A stretch of DNA of 64,000 nt from Sphyrna mokarran (lineage: Eukaryota). The stretch is from assembly GCA_024679065.1 (NCBI GenBank), contig JAGIQG010000012.1:58280001-58344000 (forward strand). Reading direction: 5' to 3'. The first letter of the stretch is position 1. Every line of letters begins with the position of its first letter. Of this stretch, positions 36,074-47,900 are shown one piece after another. Under the pieces are notes generated by a model. That model worked only from the letters and a program-made list of their open reading frames with translations, did no database searches and was not told the DNA's origin. Made by a program: the position numbers and the translations under genes.

Positions 36074-36209
36074 GGCTGGAATTCTCCAATCTCCCCTGCA
36101 GCTGGGATTTTCTGGTCCCACTGCAGAGAACAGAGATTTGGCTGAGTGCCAAATTCTCCATTCTCCCTGGCAGCAGTGGAAGGGTGTACAAGAACAGAGA
36201 ATTCTGGCC
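36074..36209. mobile_element. 136-bp Harbinger-type MITE
   Basis: TIRs GGCTGGAATTCTC / GAGAATTCTGGCC (11/13), ATA duplicated on both sides. Confidence 0.8.
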
Positions 36210-36344
36210 ATAATGGCATTCTTTGTTTTTTAAGGGCTTTTGTGGTGAATGTTTCTTCTCACTGATGAGGTGCCAGTCTTAGCTCTGTAAGAGCACTGTT
36301 AGTTCTGAATCAGAATATCATCCATACACTTGGAATTGACCATA

Positions 36345-36645
36345 TAAGATTAAGAGATGATGTAATTGAGGCATGCAGGATGGTCAAAAGTGTTGAACAG
36401 TAAATAGACACTATTTCCTTTGGTTGAGAAGTCCATGACAGCAAGGCTATTCAGAGGAATATCAGGAAGCACTTTGTCACAATAAGTTGAATGGAAATCT
36501 AGATCAACTGAAAATTTCAAAACTGTGACTGATAAATTTGCAAGGTTATGGAACCAAGACAGATCAATGGAATTAAGATACTGAGCAGTCACTATCTACT
36601 TGAAATCTGGAAAGGACTCGGGGAGCTGAATAGCCTCCGACCATT
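36345..36645 (+). mobile_element. Ancient CR1 3' end fragment
   Basis: agattaagagatgat.taattgagg (RLRGDLIE-like), ctatttcctttgg, tail ggactcggggagctgaatagcct. Confidence 0.55.
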
Positions 36646-36669
36646 TACATTATCCAGATCATTTTGCTG

Positions 36670-36980
36670 ACGCTGAAGGAATGCTGCGCTGTCAGAGGTG
36701 CCATCCTGCAGATTCTTATGTTAAATTGAAACCCTGTATACTCTAGGTGATATGAAATAACACATATGGATATATCTGAAGACCTACAGTGGAATTATCC
36801 TGGTTAATATTATCCCTCAACTAATATTACTAATAAAAAATTGATCTGGTCTTTATGTTATTGCTGTTCCTGGGATCTTGCTGTTGTATTTGCCTATGTT
36901 GTAACAGTGATGATGTTGGCTGTGAAGCAATCTGGAATGTGGCAAGGTTGTAAAAGGAACTACATAAACACAAGCTCTTT
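36670..36980 (+). mobile_element. Deu-domain-type SINE (SacSINE1/AmnSINE1-like)
   Basis: ctgaaggaatgctgcgctgtcagaggtgccatc..gttaaa..ga resembles the recalled conserved SINE central domain (gagggagtgctgcactgtcggaggtgccgtc). Confidence 0.65.
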
Positions 36981-37779
36981 TGTTCAATTTGTAAAGGTGT
37001 TATTGCATCATATAAAGTAGATGGTAAGGCACTAGAGTTTAAAAACGTCAGCAACAATAGTTATAGTTATGTTCAAAAAACTAATTGCATGTAATATGGC
37101 TTTCTGTTCGCAGTAACAAAAAGCTAAGAACTTAATTCACAGGGAGTAACAATGATTTGCAGGTCAGGAATAAATTGCATGTTCCCCTCAGCTGGGAGTG
37201 GTGAAGGATATTAAATGAATAATATCTGTTAAAACAGCAGTGAGTTGGTATTTGACACCTTTATGTTATCAATAGTAATTTCTATCCACAAATTACTTTG
37301 GATTTAAAATTATTTATTCATAACATTTTAAACTTTGTGAATGATTACCAACAAAGCTATATTATACCTTTCATATAAAGAAAGGTTTTGTATTCACAGC
37401 ACGTTAACTGTGTTCCCCATTCCTAATCTGTTTGAATGTTTTCCAAAATCTATCAATAAACTTTTCTTGCTTTTTTGCTGTGTTGTATCACATGATTGTA
37501 TCTTTGTTTGCTTTTAACTGCATGAAATGTATTAATGCAAGTCACTATAATTAGTCCAAAACAAATACACTGAAACCTTTCTTTTGAACCTCTGCCAGAA
37601 ATAGAATGAGGCTAAAGCATCTAGCGAGAGTTTTATGGAGAACGCTGCAATTTGATTTATTGTAATCTTATTCAATTGCCTTCCTATTTGAATATGTTTA
37701 CATCAAATGGATTGCGAATAATGGGTGTGAATTTCCAGGAGAACTCACATATCCACTAAAACTTGTGTGCATGCCGCTT

Positions 37780-37990
37780 AAAAGTAAGGTAAAGTTGCAA
37801 TAGTCCCGGATAACCATAGGGTACAAACTGGTGGTTATTTGACTCAAGGACCACCTCATCATAGATGAGAGACAAAGTTGAAAATACAGGCCTTCATTAA
37901 TAACCTCAGCTGGTGTGGGAATCAAACCTGCACTGTTAGCATCATTCTACATCATGAACCAGGTATCCAACCAACTGAGCTATCAACTCC
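37780..37990 (-). mobile_element. tRNA-derived SINE (same family as 53835-54045)
   Basis: Minus strand tagctcagttgg (A box), ggtttgattccc (B box), gctgaggttattaatgaaggcc. Confidence 0.75.
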
Positions 37991-38467
37991 CTACAATAAC
38001 CCCAATGACTCTTTTGTATCTTGTTTTTGCTTTGAGACTGAGCTGACCTTTATTCTGTGATGAACAACAGCTCTGGATCTATACTTTCTTTTAACTACAA
38101 TCATTACCACTCCCTTTGCCTTTTGTTCCATGATATCTTTGGTATTTAACTTCACTCACCCCCTAACTTATCCCTTTTCTTCACCCTGATCCTGTCCCCT
38201 TTTTCAATAGCACATCACATTTATACTTCTTTTCAGTTACAAAAACAACGCATATTAGACTGAAAACATTATCAGTGTTTTTCTTTCTCTACAGATGCTG
38301 CCAAACCTGATGAATTTTCCCATCCCCTGCTGTTTGTATGACAGAGGCATAGTCGGCCTTGGCTATGGCTGGTTGTTACTTACTGGAAACAGTTGACTTA
38401 ACTGAGAACTGATTGGTTAAAATCTAGATGTTGACATTCTCCATATGGTCCCCTGCATTCTGTGTCT

Positions 38468-39042
38468 CATAGATAGAAAATAGAACATAGAACACTACAG
38501 CACAAACAGGCCCTTTGGCCCACAAGTTGCACCAATCACATCTATACCTACCAAGCCATAGACCTGTCTATAACCCCCAATCCCATTAGATCCCATATAC
38601 TCATCCAGAGGTCTTTTAAAAGACCCTAGCGAGTTCGCCTCTACCACCACCGACGGCAGCCGATTCCATTCACTCATCACCCACTGAATGAAAAACTTAC
38701 CCCTAACATTTCCTCTGTACTTGCTTCCCTGCACCTTAAATCTGTGTCCTCTCGTAGCGACCATTTCAGCCTGGGGAAATAGCCTCTGAGAATCCACCCT
38801 ATCTATTCCTCTCAACATTTTATAAACCTCTATCAGGTCGCCTCTCAATCTTGGTCTCTCCAGGGAGAAGAGTCCCAGCTCCCTCAACCTATCTTCATAA
38901 GGCATGCCTCCCAATCCAGGCAACATCCTTGTAAATCTCCTCTATACCCTTCAATAGCTTCCACATCCTTCCTATAGTGAGGCGACCAGAACTGCGCACA
39001 GTACTCTAAGTGGGGTCTGACAAGGGTCTTATAAAGTTGCCA
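38468..39042 (-). mobile_element. CR1 LINE 3' fragment (same subfamily as 31252-32439)
   Basis: [31 protein letters not shown], same 3'UTR, ttctatg tail. Confidence 0.95.
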
Positions 39043-42024
39043 AACTTCAGACCAGTGCTTGTGTGTTATCAGATCAGATAGGGGTTGTATGCCTTTGCCC
39101 ATGTGCTGGTTGTTGAATTTTGTGTCATCATTTGTACAGACTCTTCCCAATGCCTAAACAAGATTGACTAACTGACCTTTTTTTATGTGAGTGTCCCTTG
39201 TCCTGTGTAGTGGGCTTTGTGTGAGGGTGATAGTCCCACTGGCTTGAGTGGATGGTGAGGTATTCAGGTGAGTGGGAGTGCTGGTGGCCCTGTGGCATAA
39301 AGGTGCAGGGAATCCAGCAGGCCTAGGAGTACGAGAGGTCTGCCAGGCTCAGGGATCTTGTGAGCCCAGCGGTGTGGGGATTTGATAGACATAGAGTGTG
39401 GCTCATTCGGTGGGCAAGAGGGTTTGAGTGGTCTACCAACCTGAATGGGTGGAAAGTATGGCAGGCATGGAAGGGTGTGACTGACTCTGAAGGCCCTTCC
39501 CCTAAACTGTCCCTGGCTGCTCTGTACTTCAGTCGTGCACTGCCCCTATAAATTTTGGGTCCAGTATCTCCAAGTTCTGAATTTCCTGCCCAAGGCTCAG
39601 TACCTCAGAATGTCAGTTCATCAAGTTCTTCCACAGCAAGTTTGTTTCCTCAAAGTCTAAAAGATTCTCAGTGAGCTCAGAAGCTAACTTTCACTGGTGG
39701 GTAACTGAAAGCATGAGAGACACATGTGAGTTTCACTAAATCAGGGAGGAAGGATTAAATCATGTTGAATTACATTTAAATTATAAGCAAATGAACATAT
39801 AAGCATATCAATTAGTTCTGTGCAGCTAACAGGTGAGTCTCCTGTTTCGTTATCTTGCTGCTCTTGACTTAATCTTTTGCAGTCTTCCTGCCAGTGGGAA
39901 TCTGTCATACAGCCTCCCACAAAACTCTCTGTACACACTACCAATTTGCCTCCTCCTGTGGAATCACAAAATCCAGCCACTTAAGTGCAAGTTTACAAGT
40001 CACCAACTCTTTAAAGATGTAAGCTGAATAAATAATTAACCTGGGACCAAAATGTATGGTTAGTGTTCTTCTCCAAAAGGCATAAGTTACTGTTTGTAAT
40101 GCAGTTGTACAAATGCTTAATCATCTTGTACCAAATTGCTTTCTTTACTATTTAAATGGAGGGATGAAGTGACAAGACTTCAATAAAATAGCAGATAGTA
40201 GATTTTGGTACAAGCATGATAAGTGCTGTGTGATAAAAGGAACAATAGTCATTTCTGTCTTTAAGTGTCAACATCTTGGCGAGGATAACATGAGTAATTC
40301 ATAAAGCTTCCATAATTTTGCCAGAGCTCATTGCTAAGTCATAACAGAAAGAATGAAAAACATAAGCATCATTTTTTGTTAATTCAAAATCTGATATGGC
40401 TTTAACTTCAAAATCATCACTTAAAATAACTGTTTTCTAAAAACAAATGATCAATCTGAAAGGTCATCTTAATTTGCATCTAAATCTAAATCAAACCAAC
40501 ACTAACTGCACAACAACTAGAATTGCTGGCAGGACTTAAATTGGCTTTTATCTTGGTCATGCTAGCTGAGAGACAGGAAGATGGTACTTTTCCATAGCAA
40601 GGGAGAAAAATCAACACATAAGCCACACAGGAGACCATTATTGATGTCTGTGTGGTGTCTGTCTCTCTGTAAGACTGTACAACAGAAGTGAATCACGTGA
40701 TTTGAGGGACCAATGGAAACTGAGAGTGTGTGATCACACCACAGAGTGGAGTCCTCACTCAGGCAGAATCATCAAGTAGCCATGAAGTATGTATGTTAAG
40801 GTTGGATCTCTGCTCCAGGGCAGCCCAGAGCTGAAAAACTCCTGTATCAACTTCTTGTATCAATTAATAACTTCCTCATTCTTAACAAAGACTCAAAATT
40901 TTTGACGATATTAGAAAATCATAGCATAAAAATTATGTAGTTCTGAGAGTTTAGCTACTGATTGCCATTAGCAGAAGCTGGCTGAAGAGCACGTCATCTA
41001 TCAATCACTACAGGGGAATAATGCAGGAAATGGGAAGGTGCAAATATAAAATGGATGAAAACAGCATTCTGCAATATCATGACAAATTTTGTATGTTCAC
41101 AGACATAACTTGTTGGATATGAAAACTTTTATTTTGACACATTTTTGCAATTGAACCTTAGAATTAAACACAAAGTATAATAGGATTTGTATCATTAAAT
41201 ATAACCAAAAGAAGTGAACAATTTGAAACAGTTCTGTTCTGTTTAATTCAAACAGCACTTACATTAGGTAAGAACATCTCGGACATGAAACATATCCATT
41301 ACAATAGTAAAATTACAAGATTAATCTTATCCACTGCTTTCCAGCCCTTTAAAATGCAAAGATCAAAGCAAATTACTTTTTGGAACTAAAACAAAGTTAA
41401 ATCTTTTTGGGGCTTATTCCGCTTTGTTAGTTAAAAAAAGTTTGATTACGTTTTCTTCTAAGTTTAAACACCCAGCAATTTAAAGTGGTGGTTTTCCTAT
41501 CATCAACTTCTTTAAATATGATTTGATGATGGAGAAATGGCAAGATATTGCCAAATTCCCATGGCCTGCTGATGGTGCTTATTCCACATCCCACTGTCAC
41601 CTAGATTGCATATTAATAGGTATAAATGCCAAAAGTTTCACTTAGCTAAATGTGGAATGCGCATTACAAAGCAATTTTTTTGTCCTCATGACTGGTCGTC
41701 ACATTTTAAAAGCCCAACTTACTGATTGGGCATGTAAGCAATGGTCAATGTCATTCTTGAAAAACATAACCTTTCTGGGCATGCACAGCATTGTGCAACA
41801 AAGATAATGAATACAGCAACACATCCAAAATCAGTTGAACTTGGGAATCCTAATTGACTGAATCAGGCAGACAGTACCAATTATATTCCAGAAAAGACAC
41901 CTGGAAAAGAAAACTTGATGCAGATTATAATTTAATAACATAGCATAACTTAGAGACATATATGGCTATGATAGGTTGTTATAGTGTGAAATGGTGTACT
42001 CATGATTAAAATTGAAATACTAAT

Positions 42025-42695
42025 GGTCCAGATTTTGTGATCAGTGGTGCAATATCCACACTCGCTGCTGATTTTGATGAAAGTTGCTCACAAAGATCTG
42101 TGGCATAGGTTTACCTTTTCCCAATACAATCTGAATCTGGCTCCAAGCCAAGGGGATTTTGAGGAGTCCAGCAACAGTAATGTCACTAAATAGCCAATCA
42201 TCAAACTAAGAAAAAAAATGCACTGAATTTTTCATATTTTAATAGAATCAAATAAATGATTGGGTCTCATTGGCAGAATTTAAGTAGAAACTGCAACATC
42301 ATAAATAAATTTTTAAAAATTAAGGTCTTTATTTTAAAATGAAGAAATGAGATAAGCCATATATACACAATGAGTTTTTTAGGGACATTGAGGCTGTTCA
42401 CTAATAACTATGAACATAAAATACCATTAGAAGCCTAGTTATACCTCATTCAAACAAAGTATAACTTTTCCAAAGCTTTTTATAGTTAAACTGAAGCAGA
42501 AAAGGGCAAATTTTCATCAGTCCAGTGATTTCTAAATGATTGCCCTATGGAGAAGCGTAGAATCATGGAGAGCAACTTTTGATTTCCATGATTAGCATCT
42601 CATGTAATGACCCCAAAAGCTGCTGCCAGCCGCAGAGATGCAATGATAATGAATACTGGCAGTTTTGCTAACATTGCCACACCAAAATCCGGACC
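42025..42695. mobile_element. Harbinger-type non-autonomous DNA transposon
   Basis: TIRs GGTCCAGATTTTG / CAAAATCCGGACC (12/13), AAT duplicated on both sides; AT-rich interior. Confidence 0.8.
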
Positions 42696-45600
42696 AATGT
42701 ATTTGAATATACCAAATAACCTGGATTGAGATGATCAGAAACAGCTGCAATGAATAAGGAGTTGACTCACTGGGATGCTAGGAAGGAATAGAGATTTTTC
42801 TTGAGGTTAGGAAACCCAGGGGTACAGCAGAATGGTAACAAAAATGTTCTTTTGTAGGTTATCAGTCAATAGCCAGCCTGACTTGGAGGCCAGCTGTTGG
42901 TTGAATGGGAAATTCTGCATCACAAAGCTGGGGCTGGAATTTGGTAGCTTTAGTGGTTAGTGTGTGGGGGGCTGGGTGGGGCAGATTGTGAAGAGATTGT
43001 AGGGATGGTGTTGTATTCGGGGATCTGATTGTAGGGTTTCTATCCAATTATTGGGGATTCCAATTATGGGATGAAGAAGAGGACAGATTGCAGGGAAGTT
43101 CATTGGATAGCTTATTGGCCCTGGATGAAAGAGTTCTGCTCTCCTAACCTACAGTCAGTATTCTAAAGGCACTCACCTCATGAATTCAGCCCTTCTTGCC
43201 TCTTTTCACTTGCCTCTTTTCACCTGCCAGGTTTCTCGAGGCCAGGAAACCTGGCTGACTGTGATTAAGAATAGATTCACTATTACAATGAAAATGTGCA
43301 CATTCATTTATACTATTTAAATGACCAACAAATCTTCTTTAAGAAGATTGGTCATCCTGCCCCTCGTCCACAAAACTCATCACGTGTTTCATGGTGGTGG
43401 AGATGGCTTGTGGCAGGATCTTTTGGTCTCGCCATTGTTAACAGGGTTTCTCATTAAATGCACTTTTCGCCACTGGGAAACCATCCCTCCTCCCGTCGGT
43501 GGAACTGGAAGATCCTACTCAAATGAATAGCTAGAAAGTTCTGACCCAGATGTAGGCAGTTTTGAGGTGTGTTGGGTTTCTGATTTATACATTTAGCTTT
43601 TTCACTGCCATCTGGAACAAACCCATCTGTTTTGGGGGTTAAAACTCCTCCCAATATGACTGTCTGAGAAATGAATGAATTTCAAGCTGACAATTCACCC
43701 TATTTTAATTAAGACCGTTTTTCTTGGCAGGAGTTGTACACGATAGGAGGACAGGAATTGTAAGGGGTAGTAGGCCTTCCCAGAAAAATCACTGAATATT
43801 CATAGGAAAGGAAGTCCTTTGAAAGCTTGGCCCAGTGCAGTTTGAGAGAAACACAATTATTTGATCCAACTGGTGTGTACTAATAATAACCATATATTGT
43901 ATGATGTTTCTACTTATGTTGCATCAAAGTGTCAGTAACATTGTTGTGCACAAGTGCTTAACAACTTATACAAGGACAATACAGGACGTAAATGAATGAG
44001 GTTGCTTATGCATTCACAATGCCCCCTCTGCCCTCTTTGCAGAACTATGGGAATAAATTGGATTGCAGCATTGAACAGTCAGAACAGCAATAACTGTCAG
44101 CACACAATCTTTACCAAACACTTTGCAACATTTAGGTGGTTACGTCTTTCAGGAAACACACCAAATAACATTGAATACTGAAGATGAAGAGACAGAGGAA
44201 GTACAAGATGATGAGAGGGAAGCTGGTACAGAGCAAAGTACCCACCAGCTGCCTAACCTTCTGCAATTGTCACAGGACATAGACACTGTGGGGCTTCCTG
44301 TTACACAATGTTAAAATACAGACATAATCAAAAAATCACTTTCCAGACATACAGTAACTATATCCACAGAAAAGTGAAATGGATATTTTACCCCAAGCAA
44401 TCACGGCCAGCTTCAGTTTACTTGGAAAATGCAGAAAGATGGCCATAGAGGAGGGGTTCAATGGATTTATGCTCAGAAAGAGCAGGAGGCCTCATGAGGA
44501 CGATGCCTCTCCCAGCAGTGGCTTGCACGTAGAAGCACAGGAGCAGCCAATTGGCTCTTGTGTCAGCAGCAGTTCTGGGCAATTATGTAACTCTATACAA
44601 GAGATGGCAAATAATACATCCGGAATCACTAAGCCCACACACTTCAAACAAGTTGCAGCAATTCAGTAGATCTTACAAATCACATACAGCTGGCCAGTTT
44701 TCTAAGGGAAAACCTACTACCTCTCCCTCAGCTTTGGAAGCATATAGGATCAAACACCTAGAGAAGTGGCACAAAGCAGTGTATGATTCAAAAACAATAA
44801 ATGCACAGGAAAAGAAAGCTGAACACCTAGAGCACATGCACTTAAATAGCACATGTACTCAGACATCACATGCATTGAAAGTCAATATAAAATTCTGTTA
44901 CTTTGAAGATCTATTACAGTCTGTCATTCGCATTTTTGTGCAGTAAAGAGTCATCTGTACAAAAGCAAAACAAACTGAGCATATTCAATTCTGAGCAAAA
45001 ACTATACAAGAACGATAAGTAGCAATTCTGCCATTGAAAAATGTCCAATAGAAAGTAAAAAGGGATGAAAATGGCCCTCGGAGAAAGCCTAAGACAGCAT
45101 ATCAGCTGTACATTTTGCACTATTCTTTTGCGGAAAAGTGTATCAGCTGTTGCCTGTCGTGCACTTTCACTGAAGATCAGCTCCACCACCATTACACCAA
45201 GATGTAGTGCTCACTTAGCTTGGAGAAAGAACTGAATAAGTAGACCTTTCCACACACTCATCTACAAAACATGATCTGAGATTAGTGTTTCTGAATATCT
45301 TTGTCTTCCTAATCTTCCATGACTTGCTGCTGCTTCTCATTGAAGTCCATAATTTGTACCCATGGTAATATTATGCAGCATTCAGTATATTGTATTCATT
45401 TTCTGGTCTTCTAGGAGATATATTTTATGAGCTTCCTGGCTTCCATAAGTAGACCAAAAAACTGAGGCATTGCTTCAGCATGTAAAAAGTATCTGCTCAA
45501 TGGGATATGTAATTCTTCTATACTCTTTATATCTGTTCTCTATGAGGGTATAGGGTTGGGTAAGTCACCAACATTGAAAAATGCTTACTGCCTCTACTCA

Positions 45601-46899
45601 TACTTTCTGCTAAAATGTGTGTAGGTGAGTACATGATGGAACAAGGTTTCAGCTACATACCTGCTCAGTAGTGACAAGATTCATGTGATGCCCTTTGGGA
45701 GTGATTCAATCGTGTAAAAATAGAGTGTAGTAATGACCTGGAGTATCACTAAATGTACTTATGAATAATTGACTGCATGTGCAAATCTTTGTGGACCAGC
45801 CTCAGCCAGAGTGCTCATCATGTGCCTCAGGCTCATGATACTCTATATTTATGGACAGTTTTTCCAACTTTTGCTCTAATATCATCACTACACCGATTCT
45901 GTGGGGCTGAAAAATCCTCAATAGAATTCATTTTTAGAAATGGTGTATGAATACACGCAAGTATCCTTTCATAATTCTAATCCCAGTTCTGAAGACAAAT
46001 TCAGAACACCCTTTTTGCTTATCCACACCATGTTCAAAAGAGCATCCTTTTTTAACATAGATCTTTACCATGGCATCATACTCATTAACAAGACTTTAAG
46101 AAGCATTTTTCTTTTGTTCTTTCACCAGCCTCTTTACAAACATTTTAGTTAGTAAGCAAACTGAGACAAGTAACAATAGAAGAGAAGCCTATTGCACATT
46201 TGTGGACTAATTATATCTATTTCTCATTCCTATTAAGACAAGAAGAAAATATACCCTTTTATTCCTTTTGGTTGGGTAATGAGAGCAACAAATGGTGCAT
46301 TTTAAAGTAATTAAACTATCTCCTACCTAACACCCGCGTTTTGTTTACTCATCTTGTGAGGTTCTATTGTTTTAACATTTATTCATGGTAGCAATGAATG
46401 AACAGATCAGTTTCTCATCCTTTCCTCCCAGGACACACAACATTGCTGCTTTTCATAAAAAATATCTACAGATATTTTTGACGTGAATATTTCAGAATTT
46501 GACAATTTTTCAAAACAGCTATTCAAAAACAAAATACCATGAATCCTGGAAATTTGAAATAGAAACAGAAAATGCTAGAAAGACTCAATGGGTGAGGAAG
46601 CATCTATTGAGAGCAGGTAGGAGAGACTGTGCCCAACCTGTACCTCAGTAGGTTACTGGCTAGTGAAAGATCCTTCCAGAGGTTCCATGTCAATCCAAAG
46701 CTCGACCATTGTTGCCTCCTCACATTCACCCTTCCTGACTTTCCTACCAAGCCAGTCAGCTTGATCCCAGAGAGATCTCAGAAAAACCTTAAAATTCTGG
46801 TCTATTGCTGAATGCCATCTCCTACCCTACCAGAAGCATTGGCAGTGGCTGCTGCTACTGTTTGGCACTGTGGTGTACATAGCTGCTGGCCATTGACCT

Positions 46900-46928
46900 G
46901 GGGGGGGGGGGGGGGGGGGGGGGGGGGG
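46900..46928. repeat. G29 homopolymer
   Basis: Direct reading. Confidence 0.9.
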
Positions 46929-47044
46929 AGGAGATTCAATCCAAAGTTAGTTGGGAGGAATGTTTCAAAGAAGAAAAAGTAGGGTGCTTGTGGGAAATCT
47001 GCTTAAAGTGAGCATTAGTCCAGCATCTTCCAAGTTTCACCGTA

Positions 47045-47345
47045 CATACTTCTTCCCAGAGCTGAAATGACAATTACAAGAGGGCACAAGTTCAAGATAA
47101 GGGGGAAAAGGTTCAATGGAGATGTGCGGGGAAAGTCTTTTACATAGAGACTGGTGGAGGCTTGGAATGCACTGCCAAGTGAGGTGATTGAGGCAATTAC
47201 GTTAGCCACACTTAAGACTTATCTTGATAGGCATATGAACAAACAGGAAGTACAGGACTATAAGTGGTTGGTTTACATAGGTAAACATGATTGGTGCACG
47301 TTTGGAGGACCATAGGGCCTGTTACTATGCTATACTGTTCATTGT
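47045..47345 (+). mobile_element. CR1 LINE 3' end
   Basis: LLPRAEMTITRGHKFKIRGKRFNGDVRGKSFT.RLVEAWNALP plus 3'UTR. Confidence 0.9.
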
Positions 47346-47439
47346 ACTTTGTACATGTGTTTGATTTGAGCAGTGAGGTCTCTTGGAGCTGCTGGGAAGG
47401 TAAATCAATAATGCAAAACAGCAATTAAGTGCATCTTTA

Positions 47440-47900
47440 ATCTTGCATTCTGGCTTTAACAGCCAGCAGACCTATCCCTGAGCTGTCAGCAACTCACCAG
47501 ATCAATCAGACAAGTGTTTTTCAATGAAACTGACAGACTATGAAACCTTTGATTAGTGAAACTGAAGAGTTACAGCCATGGCCAGGTGAGAGTGCTCACA
47601 GCACTCTTCCTCAGCGAGTGCTTTAATTGCTTGAAGGTCATTGCCAACTTATTTAAAGTCACTTCACTATCTTACACTTCACTCACCCTCAGCTGCACTT
47701 ACTTGCTGCCAGCCTTCATCACAGCATGGAAACAGCAAATGCAGCTCTATCTTGTACCTCTGATGAAGCGCAGAAGGAGCAACACCAATATCACTGCTTA
47801 TCCTCTGTCATATACTACTCCACAGGACAGAGGGGATGGGCACAGAGATCCAGCTTAATGGAGGTCTACAGGCAGAGGATCAACTGGCCACCCAATGGAA
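47440..47900 (+). mobile_element. Harbinger-type element 5' fragment
   Basis: Ends in EVYRQRINW, resembling the RVYRQR N-terminal motif of shark Harbinger transposases. Confidence 0.4.

Noticed and set aside
43196-43230. Short tandem duplication (cttgcctcttttca)x2
   Set aside because: Ordinary slippage inside TE-derived sequence.
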